Of a stretch of 64,000 nucleotides of DNA, positions 13,801 through 27,936 are shown in pieces. The stretch is from Chrysomallon squamiferum (taxonomy: Eukaryota > Animalia > Mollusca). Each line of letters begins with the position of its first letter. The stretch's first letter is position 1. The position numbers and the translations under genes are program-made. The stretch is from contig CM022670.1 in the NCBI GenBank assembly GCA_012295275.1, forward strand, positions 30,504,001 through 30,568,000, in the 5' to 3' direction. The notes under the pieces were generated by a model. It did no database searches. It was given only the letters and a program-made list of their open reading frames with translations, and was not told where the DNA came from.

Positions 13801-14264
13801 CTACAATCATAGTCAACATACTCAGTGATTATCAGTTTTTAATTAGTTAATTATTTGATAAATGTACAAGAAATGTTTTAAATCACTGTTTATATGCATT
13901 GTTAACTATATTTTTAATATAACGTTTATTATATAATATTTACGATGGTCATTATTTCGACAAAAAAATATTTTTTATTAATATTTTTTAATATTATTTT
14001 GTAATGACACTATTATTCAGCTATTATGTATTAATATTTATGAACATGAATGACTAATTATTAAAATATACTTGAAAGTATTATTGAGGTCACATCTTTT
14101 TTAATGTTATTTTAATAAACTAACACAAATTTATTCAAAAGCTAAAAGGTTTTGATGTGCTATTAGTATTATTTATTATCTTTTTTTTATTTATTTATTT
14201 TATTTTCGTTCTTATAAGGAAGATAACTCCAAACAATATGACAATTTTTTTCAAAGAATATACG

Positions 14265-16296
14265 ATGGAGTCTAAAGCATCATTTGAACAGCTGCCGGAT
14301 AACATTATTTTAGAAATTCTAAGTTATCTGTCAGTTAAAAATGTATGCATCTCTGGCAGGTACTGTATAATTTGTTTGTATATAAGGTCAACGTGTGCGT
14401 GCAAATGCTTCTACTGTCACATTTCATATTTTGTTCTTTCTGTGTTTCTGAAACTAAAACTTGTTAAAGTTAATGCAGAGTTAAATATCATTTTTATATA
14501 ATGTCAACTGCTGTATAATAACAACAGTAACAACAAACAATAAATTTTGAAATGGTCAAATAGGTCATGCTGACAGAAGTTACACTCATACTGTTACCGG
14601 TGTGTGTGTGTAGGGGGGGGGATAAGAAAATAATAATAATAAACTTTAGTAATTTGAAAAAAAAAAAAAAAAAAAAAAAATCTCTTACGATGTAGCTAAA
14701 TTTTATTAAAATAATTTTGTATTATACATTTTAGCTGGATAAATTAACAAAAACATGCATGATCATTTATAATTACGTGTAGAAAATGTGATTATTTTTG
14801 TTAACCGTGCAGAAATTACTAGTACGTAAGTGTCCCCCATGAAAATAATTATTATAAAGTAATAAACATATCAGTGTGTTATGATATTCCTCTGGTTATG
14901 TCTTTAGAGTCATAATTAAAAAATGATCAGTTTCAGTATTATGCTTTCAGAGTTTGCAGAAGATGGCGACGCATTGTCCGAGATAATTCTCTATGGCGTC
15001 ATGTCGATCTTCTTCCATATAGACTGGATCTACCAAAAATGTGGAAAGTATTGAGAGCACATTTTTCCGAATGTCTCCTGATATTTAGAGTGAGAGGCTT
15101 TATGGATCCAGGTAATTTGAATTACAGCATTAAAGTGAAAAATGGTAACATTTAATATTCTAAGAGTAAGATAAAATAAATTTATCTTCCATAAAGTAGA
15201 GATTTTGGTTGGATATTAAATATAATGAGAATTTCTTTTACTATTCATTATCTTTATGATTAATGAAAAAGGTGAGTGAAAAAAGTAATGCACTAATCAG
15301 AGTAAGCTGATGTGAAGCACCTTTTGAAAAAGGTTAATTTGGTTGATGCCTTTATTACATTTTATTATCATTATGCACTACAATTTGTATGTGACCATAG
15401 AATGATGCCCAGTAGCTGATTGGCTTGTTTAATTTATACAAGAAATTAATTTCAAGGTAAGCATTATAGCTATATCTAATATTTTTATCAGTAAAACAAA
15501 GGGATTAAACAGCATTCATGATTTGTATATTCCCATGCATGCTTTAAGAAGAAAAAATAAATGAATTTAAAATGGTTTTTAATTTTCAGCTGGCACAAAA
15601 TGGAAGAAACATTCACTTTCCGATGCCATGCTTGCAGAACTTTGTGAAAGATGTCCAAGGATTAGAACTCTTCATCTTGAACAGTGTAACACAGGTAATC
15701 TGAACAGTGGTAAATTACCTTCCTCTCTCACTCAACTTTCAGTTAGAAACTGCAGCTGGCAACCTCGTTGGTTGAAAGGTCTCAGTGAGAAACTCTCAAA
15801 CCTAACATGTTTAGATCTCAGCCAAACAAGTAGGGTGGACAATTTTGATGCAGAAGATATTTGTGAATTTACAAAACTTAAAGAGCTTAAACTTAATTCT
15901 TGTTATAGAATTGGAGAAACCGGACTAGAAAAACTGACCAAATTAAGCAAATTAAAAGTTTTGGAAATTTCTGGAACTGGATGTACGGACTTAGCTTTAC
16001 ATCATATCTGTCATCACCTTGGAGATCTCCATTGCCTGGACATTTCTTCATGTACAAGATTCACAGGTTCCAGCATTCAGAACGTTGTGGTGTCATTGAA
16101 GTATCTGGAAAATTTAAATGTGTCAGGCTGTACACAGTTAAATCTGGTTTGGCTTCAGTGTTTGTCAGATTGTAGCAAATTGGTCAAATTGAATGTCTCT
16201 GGTGTGAAGTTATCAGAAAACGAGGAAAAGGCACTTAAAAATTTTATTCAGGTTGTTGTTTCTGATGATAATAATTTAGATGTTCAAATTAAATAA
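14265..16296 (+). CDS. FBXL12: F-box/LRR-repeat protein 12-like. Exons 14265-14359, 14951-15111, 15590-16296 (about 320 aa). An in-frame upstream ATG at 14238 is an alternative start.
   Basis: The F-box FEQLPDNIILEILSYLSVKNVCISGR-VCRRWRRIVRDNSLWRHVDL is split by a phase-2 GT-AG intron. It is followed by KMWKVLRAHF...LSDAMLAELCERCPRIRTLHL and cysteine-containing LRRs (LKELKLNSCYRIGETGL). The layout matches vertebrate FBXL12. Spliced length is 963 nt with the frame intact. Confidence 0.88.
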
Positions 16297-17717
16297 TAAA
16301 TCTTATTCTGATTAAAGAGAATATAACAACATTCATGGTTATACCAATTTGTATATTATCTTTCTTCATACATTATTATAAATATTTAGGAACTCCACAG
16401 AATTAATTATATGTCTATGCAATTTAAAAACAGATCTATGATATTGATATATATATATATATATATCAACTAAAATAAAATACAGCAATTTTTTTTATAT
16501 ATTTAAGTTCCATTACTGTGAGAATAATATAAAGACATTAGAATTATGATTTAGATTATTTTTATATGTAATTAGTATTATTTATGACCATTTGATAAAT
16601 TTTGTGTGTTTGGTTGCAGAGTTTGAATAGATTTATCTTAGAAAAGAATGAAATTACTGACAACATCCCATATCAATCACTATGCAGTTGTTATTACAAT
16701 AAAAATCAATAATTAAGTGAAACATTTAAACATTAAAAAACATGATTAGTAACAAATAATTATTTTTTAAGAATAATTCCTGGAAAGTTTATAAAAGTAC
16801 ATATTTACAATATATGTTTCACATATGTGAACTTAACATTTTCTATTGACATATTTAAAAATTATTGAATTTATTGGATGTTAGTTTCAGTTTGTTTTTT
16901 AATGTTGAAATTGAACAAAATAAAAATTTTCTTTTTAGATATTTTTTTTTTTATAGTTTTTATATTGCACTTGGATACAAATACATGCAGATAATTTAAC
17001 TAAGAATTAATATACAAATTTGAGTCACTGTCAGTGATATAAATGGGAAATAAATCACATTTGAGATGTTATAGCATTTGTACCAATATTTGATGGGTTG
17101 TATATCTCTTTAGAGAGGCCAGCATAAATTGTGGTCAAAACCAATTTATCAAAGACCAGAATCTGTTTTGTCTGTAAAAATAAACACCACTTGTCTAACC
17201 TCTCATATTATTATAAATTTAAAGGGACATGCTAGGTGAAAAATGTGAATAAACAAAATAACTTTTTAGTTTTTGACATGACCATTTAGAAAATGTACAT
17301 AAAAATTTTACTTTTTCAGAAAGATTTGTTGCAAACTGAAATGCACATACAGATTATACAATAATAATGCATAACATCATCACTATAGCCATAATAAGTG
17401 GAAATACGGCTTATAAAACTTCATTTATATTTTTATCACCTTTTTAGATACTATCATAACATTTTTGGGAAGATGCTGCATGAAAACTATTTGTGCTAGA
17501 GTTTAAAAATTTGGAATATATGTATTCAAAACACAGTAGAAAATGACAGAAAGAAAATCTTGGAAAAATTAACTATTCTTTTCATATAACTTTTATGTAT
17601 TTCTTTTTCTTTTTTATTTTTTAAATTATTTCTTTTGAAGAATGTAAACATTCTGATGAACCCCAGCAGTTTGAATGATTGACACACACACACACGTACA
17701 TACGTACATACCTACAC

Positions 17718-17720
<3 letters not shown>

Positions 17721-17784
<64 letters not shown>
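17721..17784. repeat. (CATATA)n hexanucleotide microsatellite
   Basis: Direct reading. It explains the spurious ICICIC ORF. Confidence 0.9.
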
Positions 17785-18862
17785 CACATACATTGGTATG
17801 GGTTGAGATGATCATGAAATGGGGCACTAATATTAAATAAAGCCAAAAATAAAAGTAACCATGTGTCATATAAAAATAATCTAGTACTAGTTTTTTATGG
17901 TAACAAAAGGGGATTATTTCCATCACGTTTCAATTCTGTAACATGGGATTTAATGATTTTTTATTTTCACCTTAAAAATGAAATAAAGTCATCCCGTTTG
18001 ATATCAAGTTTAACTCTTCATACTGAATCATGGATTCAATCATTGAAGTGCTGTAGTATGCAAATACTGATATTCCATAAGTCATAAAGAACATTCTAAC
18101 ATAACTGCAATTCCTTATATGGTTGCACTTATTTGCTTAGTGAATATCAGTAATCATGGAAAACTGCCAAATTGACTTTCTTAATTCATTTATCTAACTT
18201 ACAGTAACTTACAGTAAAAATGTTCAGACTGTTGTAAATAATTTGAAAAATTCAAATCAGTGTCAGAGAAATTGTTTATTTCCAAAATATTTCACATTTC
18301 AAATAAAAGGCCGTTGAAATATTTTATGCAAATTTAAAAAAAATATATTAAAGAACAAAAAAAAACAATCATTTATTTTACAACCAGTAACCAGTACTCA
18401 AACTTGATTACGGTTTTCTTTTGTTGTATTTAGAGTAGGAGTATAAGATCAGAATAAAATTAGTAAAACCTACAGACACCTCTAGACGATGCACATGTTT
18501 CTATAATCTTGTCCTGCTTGTCCATTATTTAAAAAAAGAAAGAAAAATGCACTTGCACATTAAATGGCCAGTTATGTTTGAAGTGTAACAGATGCGTATA
18601 ATTGGATTGTTCTGCAAAACTTCGTAAGATAAAATGTACACATCAGAGATACAAAGATATAACAATTTCAATGAAAAAAGGTAAGCAAAGGAATTGGTAC
18701 ACAAACAGAAATCTATGCATGTTGGGCATACTAATTTTAAAATTTAAAAAAGACAAAAACAAATTGTATATGCATGAAAGTTAAAACACTTAGTTTCTTT
18801 ATTTTCTAAAAATTAAAATAACAATCTTTGTAGTTTCCTTTTTATATAAGTGTGTGTGCAAT

Positions 18863-21800
18863 TTAAGGTTTCAGGTTTATTAATGAAGTAAGAGATCTGG
18901 TAGATGTAAATATTGAATAAAGTCTCCAGATCACAGCTATGCACAAAATACCAGATGACAGACCAAGAAACAAAGACTGTCTTGAGGTAGTCTGGAAAAA
19001 ATAAAAAATAAAAAGATTAAAAAAATGTTACTGATTTGATTTCCATAGATCAGTTTCAGGTAATAAAAATAATCCACAGTTTTAGATACATAATAAGATT
19101 TGACTATTATCATTGTAAATATCACTTGTATTTTTTTGTTTTGTTGACATTTTTAACAGAAACTCATTTTAAATTCTTACTGCAGGCCCTAATAATTAAA
19201 AACAGAACAGTAATAAATGTTTTTTTTAATATTATATAGCTTCCTTGTCTTCAATGCTTGCAACTGGACATATTGTGGTCTTGAAGATGTTTTCATCTTT
19301 TTATCTTTTCATATGATTATTGTTTGAGAAAGAGAATCAAGTCTAAATAATAATAATAATAAAAAAACATTAATATTTTACATACAACATAAAGAAATCC
19401 TTACATCTTGAGTTTGATCAAATATTTGTATTAATTTAAATACTTGAACCAAACAGATATAAGCTATTATTGACTACCTTAAGCCTACCCCCCCCCCAAA
19501 ACAAAACAACAAAAGTACTTGAGATTTCATTTCAGAGATTTTATAGATAACAGATACTCAACATGTTATTAATATTATATGGATAAAAAAAGTTCTGTTT
19601 GAGATATACTAACAGAACAAACCCTTTTAAGGACACCCGACACTTCCCCTTTCTTCAGAGGTGGAGGCACATCAGGTCTGACAGCAGCAGATTTCAAAAG
19701 TTGTCTTCCTTTAAGGAAATGTTTTCCTGTTTCAACAATCTTCACCTCAAACATTTTGCCCATTAAGTCATCTTTCTTTGGTATGAGAACCTGAAATACT
19801 GTGCTGTTTTTAAAATCTAATAATATACAGCATTTTTAAAAATTATAAACAGATTCCTACCTGTTAGAAAATGTATTTATTTCTAGCAAAATATTAATGA
19901 GATTCAAGCTATATTTATAATCTTTATTAACACCTAATGAAATCATTATTTAAATAGTATAAACCCATAAAATTGTTAAAATTAAAAGACAAGAATGAAA
20001 TCATGTTTTGTGTAAATTTTCTGAGGTTCACTGAGAAATGTACTGGCAGACTTGACTTGAAACAGAATTCCTGAATAACAGTTAATCCTGCAGGTACTAC
20101 CACAGAGGTGAAAGTTGTAATTCTATTATAAATTTAAAAATAAATAAACCTGGTCATAGCTTTTATTGTGGGCAACATAAAACATTTCATCATGAGATGT
20201 TTCTGTCACCAGAACTTGTTGGATCTCACCAAGCTATTAAAAAAAGAAATTGAAGAAGAATAAACCTATGATTAATTAGTAAAATGAGTTAACTTAATTC
20301 AGGTATTTGTTCTTCATAACGCATAGATTTAGATCAGTGTTATAACAGTTTTCTGTTAGGAAAATAATATCTAAATACTAAAGTTGTAAATTGAAGAAGA
20401 ATAAACCTATGATTAATTAGTAAAATGAGTTAACTTAATTCAGGTATTTGTTCTTCATAACTTATAGATTTAGATCAGTGTTATAACAGTTTTCTGTTAG
20501 GAAAATAATATCTAAAATCTAAATACTAAAGTTGTAAACTGCAAAACATTTAATTTACTCCATGCTTCTGTTAAGAAAATCAAATTAAAAAATTTAACAA
20601 TTTAACTGCTTTGGATAAAAAAATAATGATTTTTTTTTTGAGTAATAGAAAACAACACTACCACCACTAAAATGGAACCAATATAATTAAAATCTAATCA
20701 AATATATATCCAAATCTAACAATGAAGCAATAATATCCAAACAAACCTGATGCTCATAAGGACAATAGGACTGAAACAATTCTGACACGGTCTTTGTTCT
20801 TTTTTTCACCTTTGGAAAAAGAAAAAATATATTTATTCATTTTACATTATCTCATAAATACCCATATTTAATTAAAATAATAGCATCAATTTCCACCAAT
20901 TTTTTATAAATACAAACATTTTCTTTCTTCGGCAACAACAACTACAGTAATCTTGGTATTCTTTATCGTGATGTGAAGACAAATTAAAAAAAAAAAAAAA
21001 AAAGAACTCACCTCTTGTGGATGGACTCGACGCATTTTAGCAGCAGGTGTTCCAGGTCTTGGGAAGAACTGATTTATGAACAAACTTGCAAATTTGTACT
21101 TTTTCACCAGAGCCATTGTTTCTTGGAAATCCTATAAAAACAATTAAAATTTAATTATAATACTGTTTTGACATTTTAGTGACAAAACAATTTAGTAAAT
21201 AATTAATTAAATTCAGATTTGATACATGCATTCTAGTAGTAGACAAAATAAAGAAATATCACTTCGAAGATACCAAAATTTGAAATTTCCCAACATGACT
21301 CTTGATCATCATTTCACATAAAGACAAAATGTTAACACACTGTATTAACGTAACAGATTTGAGAAGTGCTTGGTAGTTTCTACATCAGTTAATACAAAAA
21401 AACATTGTGAATGGCATTCTTATTGACAAGTTAATTTTTCAGAAAAATCTTACTTCAGTAGGCCTACCCTTCTGGTTTTCATGTGTTCAGTTGTAAACTC
21501 AAGAATATCTTATAAAAACATCAAAAGGGGCATGTCTTATTTGTGGTAAATACCACATCTTCAGTATTTACTTACATCTTCAGTTTCTGTTGGAAAACCA
21601 CAAATAAGATCAGTAGCTATGTTAACTCCTGGAACTCTAAATTGAGAACAATGAAAGAAATTAATTCACTTTTTTTAACTTTGATCATCCAATTACCATT
21701 AGTAAAATGAAATGACATCTTAACGTCTTTAATGTTAATTATAAAAAAAATATCTGAAACATTTTAGCAGTCACTGTGTCCAAATAAGTATCTATGTATC

Positions 21801-24739
21801 TTTGAATTCATGTGATGTACCTAAACATGGAAATCTCTCACGTATCAGTTTCTGAAAAAGCTTAAATAGAATATAAAACAAAGAATATTTCCACTCCTGC
21901 CATTATGCTAAGTAACCCAAGCATCAGAATAAACTTTATTTATTATAATTATCGAGTACTATTTTGTGTGTTGTTTTTAGACATACTTCTCTCTAAGGAA
22001 ATCTACAACATATTTGAAGTCAGCTATACAGTATTCCCGCTTCATGTCCATAAGAACACTGTCAGAACCAGACTGCACAGGAACATGCAAGAAGGAATAG
22101 ACCCTAGGGTGATTCAGGATCTTTGCCATTTCCTGAAAACCAAGTATAAAAAAAACATAAGTATTTAAGATTTAAACATAATTATACATAGTTATATAAG
22201 TTATTAATTATCTTTAAACACAATTTTATTTATTTTAACCAAACATTCATTGATATTAAAACAATATCAGTATTTTCAACTAATAATTCATTTTATTTGA
22301 ATAATGAAATATATTAGCCATTTAAGAAAATATTTAAAAGACAGTTTTAAAATATAAACCTTTATATTTTGAGCAAAAACTATTAGAATATTAAAAATGT
22401 GGAACAGTTATATGAACTGTACCTCGAGGTGTTCTAGTATGTATGGTGGATTTGTCATTCCAAGTCTCATTCGAGCACCTTCTGGAATCACTTCCACTAT
22501 CTTCCAGAGTAACTCTGGTAAAGTCTCGCCAATATCATGACCATAGGCTCCAAGATCCTCTGATGTCAGCCAGATTTCAATAATACCTTCTGTAAATAAA
22601 CAACACAGAAACATGTGCCTATATCATACAATGTATTTTATTTATTTAGCATAAACCTAAAGTCTTATGAAAACAACAAAATGCCACATAAATTCTACAT
22701 GAAACACAACTTGTTAATACATAATTTTGGAAAACAATGACCCATTCTGACAGTATTCTGTCATGTCAGACATAGTGTAAATAAAAATATGAAATAAAAT
22801 AAATAGAATAAATAAACTAAATAAAATAAATAATCTTGACAGAAACAGGAAAACATATATCATACCAGTAATTCAGTTTGGATGGTAAAATGTATTTTAT
22901 TTATTTGTTCAAGTCATAACAACAATCAGTAATATAATAAATGCTAGTAACTGAATGATTACCCTCAAATGACTGTTTGGCTCTTGCAACTATTTCATCT
23001 GGATGGTAGCTGCCAAGTTCTCCTCTAGCATGTTTTGTTTTACAATATGTACATTGATTTAAACACCTGAAATACATATCTACAAAAATAATTCACAATT
23101 TGTTTCAATAAATAAACAAACAAATAAATAATAATAATAACAACAACAACAACAACTAAACCATAAGTTAATACATTTGAAGCATATAATTATTATCCTT
23201 ATTCTTATGTTAAATGGATTCAGATCTATTTTTGATTTGAAACATAAATTACTAAATTATTCTTAAAATGAAAAAAGAATTTAAAACAATCATTTGAAAA
23301 ATGGATTATAATTATTATATGTTTAAAATATAAATTACTGCTATTTTGTTAAAATATAAAAGAGAATTCAAAACAGTTAATATTCTTAAAACGAAAAAGC
23401 AGAATACTATTACCACTGATATTTTAACACACTACTGAAAACAATGGTTTTACCCAGTGTTAATGGCTATGATCTCAATGAGTGGATTCTTGCGAATCTT
23501 TGGAAGGTTCAAAGCAGCTCCACCAGACTTTTTCCCTTTCACTTTCTTCTGTCCAAACAGTCTGACTGTGTGACCTTTCAAAGTCTCTTCCACAACCTCC
23601 ACAACTCTATCAATCTGCTGTACACCGATGATGCTAAGATCCTGTCAAAACATTTACACAGAAATATTTAAATTATTCAATACTTTTCTATATTCAACAG
23701 AAAAAAGAAAATGTTATATTTCCAAAATCTTACAAATACTCAAACATCCTGTATTGATTGATATAAAGGAACAAATAGTAAAAACAACTATTATTACTGG
23801 TGTTTGTCTATAGTAAAATAAAGTGTAAACATTTATAATACTCAATTTTCATAGATGGAAACAAACAAAGAGATTTACTATCAAACATTAAGTTTTGAAA
23901 CTATCCCTGATTTCAGTAAATATATTTCAACAATTTATTTTCAAAGGCAATATGTTGTTCCAAAAGTATTAATAAATGGCATCTAACGTGAATTATCGTT
24001 TGTTTTCATTAACTGGCTTATCCCATTATTTCTCATATTCTGTAAATGAAGTTTAAACATTTAGAAATTTGACTAATGAAGTTTTATCAGCCAATAACGT
24101 TTCTATCTAAACTAACGAAGAACAACAGAGTAAAAAAATATGGATTTTAAGAGATGCTAAGCACCAAAAAAAAAAAACATTTGGCAGGAAAAAAACAAAT
24201 GGGATAAACTGGTTTGTGAAAACAATGGCAGTATATTAAATGTGTGTCATAAATAAGAAATACCTTTAAGTAATCTGATCTGGGTTGTCCTTGAGGCACA
24301 CAGCCTGCAAGAACAACAGGTGTACCCGATTTGTTGGCAGCACTGATTTCATTTCTGAAATGATCCTCTGCTGGGTTTTTAACTGTACAACTGTTCAGTA
24401 ACCATATATCAGCTTTCCGTTTGTCTTCTACATACAAAATATAACAATAATTTCATCAGTAAACTGATAAATAATGTTGTAGTATCAGTATGGAAATCTT
24501 TTTTACTGGAATTAATGTAATAATTTATGTTCAGATAATAATGCAAGATATTCGAGGTTTACTAATTAACTTTTTTGTTGTTATAATTTAAAATTTAATT
24601 TACAGAATTTTCTTTTTTAAATCTTAAAATACATGTATTTTAAAAGCATACTTCTAACCTAGGCCTTACAATGTGGTAAAAAGGTTTTAAGATAAAAATT
24701 TGTCTTAACAGAAGAAACACTTATTTTTTTATAATAATA

Positions 24740-24790
<51 letters not shown>

Positions 24791-25318
24791 CAGTAAAGTA
24801 AAATAAAATACAATGTTTAAACTTTGAAGCAATAGGAGTTGGAACAAAACAGAAATAGTAAACAGGACAAATTTACCTGTTATTTTGTAGCCATAAGCTG
24901 CCAACTGACCAGCCATATACTCACTGTCAGAGTTATTATGAGAACAGCCCCATGTTTTTATAAATACTGACTGAGTTCCTGAAAGAATAAAAAGTGGCAA
25001 TGTTATTAACAAAAACATGAACATGAGTTATGTAACATATAAAAACATAAAGCAATAATTAATATAAAAATTGTATAAAAACTATAGATTTAAATGATAA
25101 TAATAAAATTTAACAATAAATATATATATATATATGTAATGATCCAAAGAATTTAAAAATAAATTATAATTCTTTAATATGACCATGAATCTGATTTTTA
25201 TTTTCACATTACCGTATAAAGATATATTATTATTAGTTCTAATTTATAATTATTATTTTAAATAATTATTACTATTTATTATTTTATTTATTTATTAAAT
25301 TTTTATTATTATTATTAT

Positions 25319-25413
<95 letters not shown>

Positions 25414-25638
25414 ATATGTGAAAGCACTGAAACAAATTAAATGGTTAAATAACGTACCTGGAATATTGCTTTCAGCCTGTACTTTCTCCTCTTCTTCCAC
25501 AATTTTAATCTTCTGAATCTTTGATTTCTTTACTCTTGGCAAAACATATTTTTTAGCTTCTGATCTATCTTGAATTGTGATATCGTTAATGGTCACAATG
25601 TCTTCTATATCATCTACATCTGCCACTAGTGCTGGCAT
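18863..25638 (-). CDS. CDKAL1: Threonylcarbamoyladenosine tRNA methylthiotransferase (CDKAL1). Exons 25638-25458, 24978-24877, 24427-24264, 23641-23454, 23066-22963, 22589-22423, 22132-21987, 21636-21576, 21131-21012, 20809-20747, 20233-20150, 19790-19623, 18991-18863 (about 558 aa).
   Basis: All introns are GT-AG with consistent phases (1677 nt spliced). Motifs are UPF0004 ([43 protein letters not shown]), radical SAM ([16 protein letters not shown]), [22 protein letters not shown] and [17 protein letters not shown] domain follows, then a C-terminal hydrophobic tail anchor ([22 protein letters not shown]). Confidence 0.97.
20247..20538. repeat. Recent tandem duplication with a 141-bp unit, in the CDKAL1 intron next to the exon 11 acceptor
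   Basis: The sequence aaattgaagaagaataaacctatgattaattagt...aaatactaaagttgta starts at 20247 and again at 20388, nearly identical. Confidence 0.92.
25319..25413. repeat. (TAG)n microsatellite in CDKAL1 coding intron 1
   Basis: Direct reading. It explains the poly-Tyr tail of the ORF track. Confidence 0.95.
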
Positions 25639-26701
25639 AATGAATGGTATAAATTATTCTGTTAACTATACGACAAATATTTTTAAATTAACTTGTAAAA
25701 TCTAAAACTGTAACAAAACATTATGATTATTCGCGTGTGATATATAGTCTTTCTAAATTATATTCTCCTCTATTAAAAGTTGAAAAGACAATTCAGGGAA
25801 CGATAATCGAGGTTAAGAACTAAATGTAACCTAAAGATTAAAAACCACCATTAAGGGGAGGTAATAACAAAAAAGCACGATTAGGCGTAATTGTTGTTTT
25901 GTGATATCTTCGTATAATTTTAACATCGACAATTGATTAATCAAAATTACAGCACTAATTATGATAATTTTATATCTGGCCTTTAAATGGAGCTAGCTTG
26001 TGAGGGTAGAAGAAATGCAATTGTACTTACATATGCAGGGCTGGCGCCAGACTATCAGGTTAGATTCTTATTTTAGTGGCATAGACTGGTAGTCTTCGAG
26101 CCATGGCTAAAAGTTCACAGCATAGATCCTCAGCATCAATATCTTTGTTTCGATTATGTATCAAAGATTTATTCAAAATTCTTGCACCTATGATGATGCA
26201 GTAGATTTAGCCTTTTTATTGTATATATTATACAGAAAGCCAAAGAGTGAATTATAATGTATTAGCCTAGGAATCACTCATCAATAGGTAGTATAACCAT
26301 GTCTAAAACTGCATAGTAAAAACTTACTTTAAATTTCTGTTTTGGATCTTGTGGTGCCTCTTCTTGGGCCTCATATTCAAACTGCCGTTTCTTTTTCCTG
26401 ATTCTACTTCGATCTGTTTCAGAGTCTGATACCATCTCTAGTTCATTTGCAGTTTCACTAGCGTATGTCAAACCATTTTTGAAATCCCTCTTCAGACCCG
26501 TAGTCTACAAGATATTTGTTAGTTGTCTGCAACTGTCATGTAGCTGCTTCAGAGTGTCATATATATATATTATATCACCTAGATGAGTTTATGCCAAGGA
26601 TCCTATCCCGTAATTTCCTTTAGTGGAACAAATCTCAGGAAATGTTCTCGTGTGATGACTACAGGCTCAGGTATCCCGTTATCTCATTTGCTGAATATGA
26701 C

Positions 26702-27562
26702 TGTCACGGGGCTCACACCTTTAAACATCTTGGATGTTTTATTAAGGCTCAGTCTAGGGTAACAAGGTGCTTTAATGGCCACCAAACAAAGAATATAAAC
26801 GCTAAATTGACAGCAATCTATATAAATCAATAAATCAATATCTATCCACTAGAGAAATAAACACAACGCAAGTTAAGGTTCACGTTAATTATTTAATTAT
26901 GATATACAGGTGAATTGATAATAATACATTATACAATCATAAAACAAACGTTTAAGCAATTTTGGTTAACGATACAAGAAAGGTTATACGGGGAACCAAG
27001 ACAAAATAAGAATCTGCGCGGAGGACAGATTATTAAAGCATTAAAATTTAAGGTATAATAAATGTTATTGACACATGCTAATTGCACATTACACCCTTTC
27101 AAAATAAGAATAGACAATTGCTTACCATACTCATCCGTAGAGACAATGTCATTCAAAAACATTGGTTTCCCCGCCTGTCTGAACTCTAGTCTTGACCGTT
27201 TCCTTCGCTCTCCCTTACTTAATTACCTGAAACCTGAAAAAAGTTAACGTTCTAATAGAGCAAGCTGTTGTGAAGCACGTCTACGACGGGCACGCTTTCT
27301 GACAGGTCAGCGGGCGTGTCCCTCGCAGAATTACTCAATTACCAAATGCCAGCCTTTTTATAACAACGCCATGGAGTTGAAAAATTAGCTGAAAAAATAA
27401 AAGAGCGGATGTGATTTGAAATAACTATTAAAGTAGCGCAATCCGAATTCCATCGCTTAAAAACAAAAGAAACGGATCTGATTGAAGTAACAAATTTGGT
27501 TACGCAAGAAGCGGATCTGATTGAAGTAACAAATGTGGTTACGCAATCTGAATTCCGTGACA
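26702..27562 (-). mobile_element. Solo LTR (861 bp) of the Gmr1-like family seen at 53.6-57.1 kb
   Basis: Termini are TGTCACGG and CCGTGACA. The 5-bp flanks are atgac / gtgac (TSD with one mismatch). It is strongly homologous to 53627-54075 and has an internal tandem repeat gcggatctgattgaagtaacaaat..ggttacgcaa. Confidence 0.88.
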
Positions 27563-27936
27563 GTGACTTACATCAGGTGTGCAAGATAGAATTATGGAAT
27601 AATATTTAGAATAATATTTAAACGAGTTAAAATTTGCTTTTTCATAGTATTGGTTAGAAGCTGTATAAGCTTATTTTGGATTTCGTTTCCAAGATAGTGA
27701 ACCATTGTTTCGTGATTCTTAACTCTGCTCAAAAGTTCATTCATGATAGGTTAAAAAGACAGGCTAGGTAGTCTACAAACATCAAAACATGTCCGTTATC
27801 AGATCAACACAATCTTTCATTTCTACCACGGAATGTCAAGTTTTGCATGCCAAAAACTCGTACCAAAGCAATTAGGCGTTGCAAATTTTTTGCCAGTAAT
27901 GTTCCTCTTGCCTGACTTTCTGTTGGTCGATATCAT

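Noticed and set aside
18983-18990. let-7 8-mer site CTACCTCA on the CDKAL1 sense strand
   Set aside because: It lies in coding sequence at an exon start. A single 8-mer is expected by chance in 64 kb.
25318-25457. Poly-Tyr, poly-Leu, SLSLSL, ICICIC and HTHTHT tails in the ORF track, here and elsewhere
   Set aside because: These are translations of intronic or intergenic microsatellites.
27400-27550. Short repeated units resembling a repeat-spacer array
   Set aside because: These are tandem subrepeats inside the LTR without unique spacers. The context is eukaryotic with no cas genes, so this is not CRISPR.
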